Part shown: positions 23,893-26,779 of the stretch, piece after piece
Layout of the letters: each line of letters opens with the position of its first letter
How positions within the stretch are numbered: the stretch's first letter is position 1
Assembly (NCBI GenBank): GCA_046757525.1
Contig: JBHHYI010000042.1
Coordinates: forward strand, 1 to 26,779
Length of the DNA: 26,779 nucleotides
DNA from: a bacterium
Lineage (GTDB): Bacteria; Zhuqueibacterota; Zhuqueibacteria; Oceanimicrobiales; Oceanimicrobiaceae
Direction of reading: 5' to 3'
Translations under genes and position numbers: made by a program
The notes under the pieces: model-generated
The model's input: the letters and a program-made list of their open reading frames with translations, nothing else
Told to the model about the DNA's origin: nothing
Databases searched by the model: none

Positions 23893-26700
23893 ATGGAAAG
23901 GAAAAACTCGTATAGTAGTCTGTTAGTAGTGTGTCTTCTTGTTTGTGCTGTTTCCGTGCTAACTGTTGGGAGTGCATTCGCCCAAGTTGTTGGCACCATT
24001 AAAGGGGCGGTGACCGCGGTTGAAACCTCGGAGGCGCTGCCAGGGGCGAACATTTCCGTGGCCGGTACTTTGCGCGGGGCCAGTGTTACGGTTGACGGCA
24101 AGTATGCTTTCAGGATAGAGCCGGGCACTTATACCGTGCGCGCAAGCTTTATAGGCTACTCCTCGGTTGAGAAAAAGGTACAAGTGGTTGCCGGGGAGAC
24201 GGTAACCGTTGATTTTCAACTTGCGGAAACGCCCGTTGAATTTGGCGAAAGTCTGGTGGTGCTCGGTTCCCGGACCGCCCGTACCGCTGTTGAAACCCCG
24301 GTACCGGTGGACGTGATTTCAGCCAAGGAAGTTCGCGAATCGGGTCAATTGGAAGTAAACCAGGCGCTTACCTATCTGGCACCTTCTTTTAATGCTTCGC
24401 ACCAGACCATTGCCGACGGTACCGACCAGGTCAATCCGGCCAGTTTGCGAGGACTGGGCCCCGACCAGGTATTGGTATTGGTTAATGGCAAGCGCCGGCA
24501 CAAGAGTGCCCTGGTGCACGTCAACGGAACCTTCGGTCGTGGCACCGTCGGGGTGGACTTAAACGCCATTCCTAAAGCCTCTATTGAACGTATTGAAGTA
24601 CTGAGAGATGGCGCGGCTGCCCAGTATGGTTCCGATGCCATCGCGGGCGTCATCAACATCGTATTGAAACAACAGACTGAAAAGATTCAGGTCAATACCA
24701 TGACGGGCACAACAGGCTCAGGGGATGGCGATCAGATCGCGCTCAGCGCCAACTATGGCTTCCGGATCGGGGAAAGAGGCTTTGTCAATGTGACCGGTGA
24801 ATTCTTTGACCGGGGCCGCACTAACCGTTCTGACCCCTTCCAGGGTCCGCTTTTTTTCACGGATAGAGCCAAAGACGATGCAGAACTTGCCAGACGGGGG
24901 CTCACCCGGCGTCAACTTTCGATGAAAACGGGGCAGGGCAAAGCGACCGTCGGCGCCGCCTTCATAAACTCGGCCTTTTCTATTTCGGAGAACGCAGAGT
25001 TTTACGCCTTTGGTGAAATATCGGGCCGAAAAGGTAAATCAACAGGATTTTACAGACGGCCTATTCAAGAAGCCAAAGTTGTTTTTGAGATCTTCCCCAA
25101 TGGCTTTCTGCCTGAGATCGACACACAAATCGATGACAGGTCTTTCACGGCCGGATTGCGCGGCAACCGCAACGGTTGGGATGTCGACTTCAGCGTAACC
25201 CATGGAGTCAATACCTTTCAGTTTAACATTGAAAACACCGACAATGCCTCTTTGGGAACGGCCACGCCGCTTTCATTTGATGCTGGCAGGCTGGAGTTTC
25301 GACAAACCACCGGCAACTTAGATATCGTCCGACCTATCGACACAAAAGGCGTGATCAACTCGCTTTCCTTGAACTTTGGCGGTGAGTTCAGGATCGATAA
25401 ATATGAGATTAAACCGGGCCAGTTTGAGTCGTTCTCCTTGGGAAATGGCGGAGATCGCCCGGGCATCGATTTCGACACCACATCTACCGGGGCACCAAAG
25501 TTAGCCGGCTCACAGGTTTTTCCCGGATTTCAGCCTTCAAATGCAGTAGCGAGGTTCCGCAATGGCATCAGTATCTATGGTGGCGTCGAAAGCGAAATCA
25601 CCGACCAACTCCTCATTGACATTGGCGGGCGCTTTGAGAATTTTAGCGACTTCGGAGCCAGGGCCATTGGCAAGATAGCCGGGCGTTTCAAGGTCGTGGA
25701 GGATTTTGCGCTTCGAGCTGCGGTGAGCACCGGCTTTCGCGCACCCTCGCTGCATCAAGCCTGGTTCAACAATGTGAGCACCCAGTTCCTGACCGATCCG
25801 GAAACCGGTGAACTGGTGGCAAAGCGGGTTCTTACAGCAAATAACAAGAGCCCAGTGACCAAGGCATTTGGCATTCCGAATCTTAAAGAAGAGACTTCGA
25901 TCAATGTGAGCGCAGGGTTTACCACCAGGCCGCATCCAAAGTTTTCTTTTACAGCCGATTATTATCATATTGAAATCGATGACCGCATCGTCCTGACCAG
26001 TCGATTCACGAATGCTAACCCGACCTTTGCCAAGTTATTGGAGCCGTTCCAAAGCTTAGGGGTGAGTCAAGCCCAGTTCTTTGCCAACGCCGTAGACACC
26101 AAAACCAATGGTCTGGACATCGTGGCTGCCTACTTTACCCCGTTGGGACGGGGTCGGCTTAGTTTCACCGGCGCCCTCAACCTTTCCTACACCGACGTCC
26201 AACAAATCAATATTCCCAAAGAGTCGATAGACGTGTTCAGAAAAGCCGAAGGCAGGGATCCAACCCAGGACGAACTCAATACCATCGCCAATACGCTGTT
26301 CAATCGAGAAGAGTTTAACCGACTCGAAACCGCACTGCCAAGACAAAAGGCTAATATCTCGGCAAGGTACAGCATCGGTCCATTTAGTGCATTGGGTCGC
26401 GCATCCTATTTTGGCGAAGTGAAGTACAGGCCGACGAATCCGCTAAATGATGAGGACTTTAGCGCCAAAGTCCTCTTTGACGTGGACGTGGCCTATGAAA
26501 TTCTTCCAGGGGTCAGGTTCTCCGTGGGCGCCAACGATCTTTTCGATACCTTTCCCGACAAACATGGTAAGCCGGCAGAACGCGCCGCCAAAGGGCTAAA
26601 CAGCAATTATGGTAATGGCAATTTCGTTTATAGCAGACGTGTCACCCAGTTTGGCATGAACGGAGGCTTTTACTACAGTCGGCTGCAGTTTGATTTGTAG
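23893..26700 (+). CDS. TonB-dependent outer-membrane receptor with N-terminal carboxypeptidase-regulatory-like domain
   Basis: Signal peptide; GTIKGAV..LPGANISV..SFIGY domain; plug motifs LRGLGPDQVLVLVNG and IERIEVLRDGAAAQYGSDAIAGVINIVLK; GFRAPSL; C-terminal YSRLQFDL; GGAGG RBS. Confidence 0.95.
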   Translation: MERKNSYSSLLVVCLLVCAVSVLTVGSAFAQVVGTIKGAVTAVETSEALPGANISVAGTLRGASVTVDGKYAFRIEPGTYTVRASFIGYSSVEKKVQVVAGETVTVDFQLAETPVEFGESLVVLGSRTARTAVETPVPVDVISAKEVRESGQLEVNQALTYLAPSFNASHQTIADGTDQVNPASLRGLGPDQVLVLVNGKRRHKSALVHVNGTFGRGTVGVDLNAIPKASIERIEVLRDGAAAQYGSDAIAGVINIVLKQQTEKIQVNTMTGTTGSGDGDQIALSANYGFRIGERGFVNVTGEFFDRGRTNRSDPFQGPLFFTDRAKDDAELARRGLTRRQLSMKTGQGKATVGAAFINSAFSISENAEFYAFGEISGRKGKSTGFYRRPIQEAKVVFEIFPNGFLPEIDTQIDDRSFTAGLRGNRNGWDVDFSVTHGVNTFQFNIENTDNASLGTATPLSFDAGRLEFRQTTGNLDIVRPIDTKGVINSLSLNFGGEFRIDKYEIKPGQFESFSLGNGGDRPGIDFDTTSTGAPKLAGSQVFPGFQPSNAVARFRNGISIYGGVESEITDQLLIDIGGRFENFSDFGARAIGKIAGRFKVVEDFALRAAVSTGFRAPSLHQAWFNNVSTQFLTDPETGELVAKRVLTANNKSPVTKAFGIPNLKEETSINVSAGFTTRPHPKFSFTADYYHIEIDDRIVLTSRFTNANPTFAKLLEPFQSLGVSQAQFFANAVDTKTNGLDIVAAYFTPLGRGRLSFTGALNLSYTDVQQINIPKESIDVFRKAEGRDPTQDELNTIANTLFNREEFNRLETALPRQKANISARYSIGPFSALGRASYFGEVKYRPTNPLNDEDFSAKVLFDVDVAYEILPGVRFSVGANDLFDTFPDKHGKPAERAAKGLNSNYGNGNFVYSRRVTQFGMNGGFYYSRLQFDL

Positions 26701-26732
26701 ACGGCCTATTTGTTTGAATTAACAGCTCAGAT

Positions 26733-26767
26733 CCCCACAGTTGAAAAATTGTGGGGGTTTTTTGTTT
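26733..26767 (+). terminator. Rho-independent terminator
   Basis: CCCCACAGTT...AATTGTGGGG stem followed by GTTTTTTGTTT. Confidence 0.8.
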
Positions 26768-26779
26768 GTATGAAAATCA

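Noticed and set aside
1317..26375. Many antisense or alternate-frame ORFs in the six-frame track (e.g. 3120..3737, 12345..12950, 20548..21135)
   Set aside because: They overlap well-supported genes and show no motifs; they are shadow ORFs.
1..26779. CRISPR array, tRNA/rRNA, transposase, integrase or prophage genes
   Set aside because: No regularly spaced direct repeats or matching coding or RNA signatures were seen.

Overview
Bacterial chromosomal window with no integrase, transposase, CRISPR array, rRNA or tRNA. The gene content (outer-membrane beta-barrels, a TonB-dependent receptor with an N-terminal carboxypeptidase-regulatory-like domain, a GWxTD-like secreted protein) suggests a diderm of the FCB superphylum, possibly KSB1/Calditrichaeota-like; this is inference only. 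Left edge (1-846): an AT-rich, frameshifted zinc-ribbon membrane gene bracketed by two attC-like imperfect inverted repeats, possibly the last cassette of an integron/CALIN array abutting moeA. Then a long + strand run: moeA, DUF1232, cell-wall amidase, lipoprotein, a ~740 bp palindrome-rich intergenic region, histone-deacetylase-family enzyme, pcm, an atypical RpiB, a beta-barrel, a PspC/LiaF-type envelope-stress pair, Zn-dependent ADH, aroB, DCC thiol-disulfide oxidoreductase, an orphan nucleotidyltransferase and ackA. Right half: a convergent secreted protein, a Na+:solute symporter, a minus-strand trehalose/osmoadaptation operon (DUF5752-treT-otsB-mscS-otsA) and a divergent TonB-dependent receptor. 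Best leads: the attC-like cassette, the RpiB with a Cys-to-Asp active-site change plus an extra N-terminal domain (possible microcompartment satellite), an internal in-frame start in the double-PspC gene, a 16-bp upstream motif shared by two minus-strand units, and the structured 4732-5470 region. All calls come from reading motifs by eye; no searches were run.
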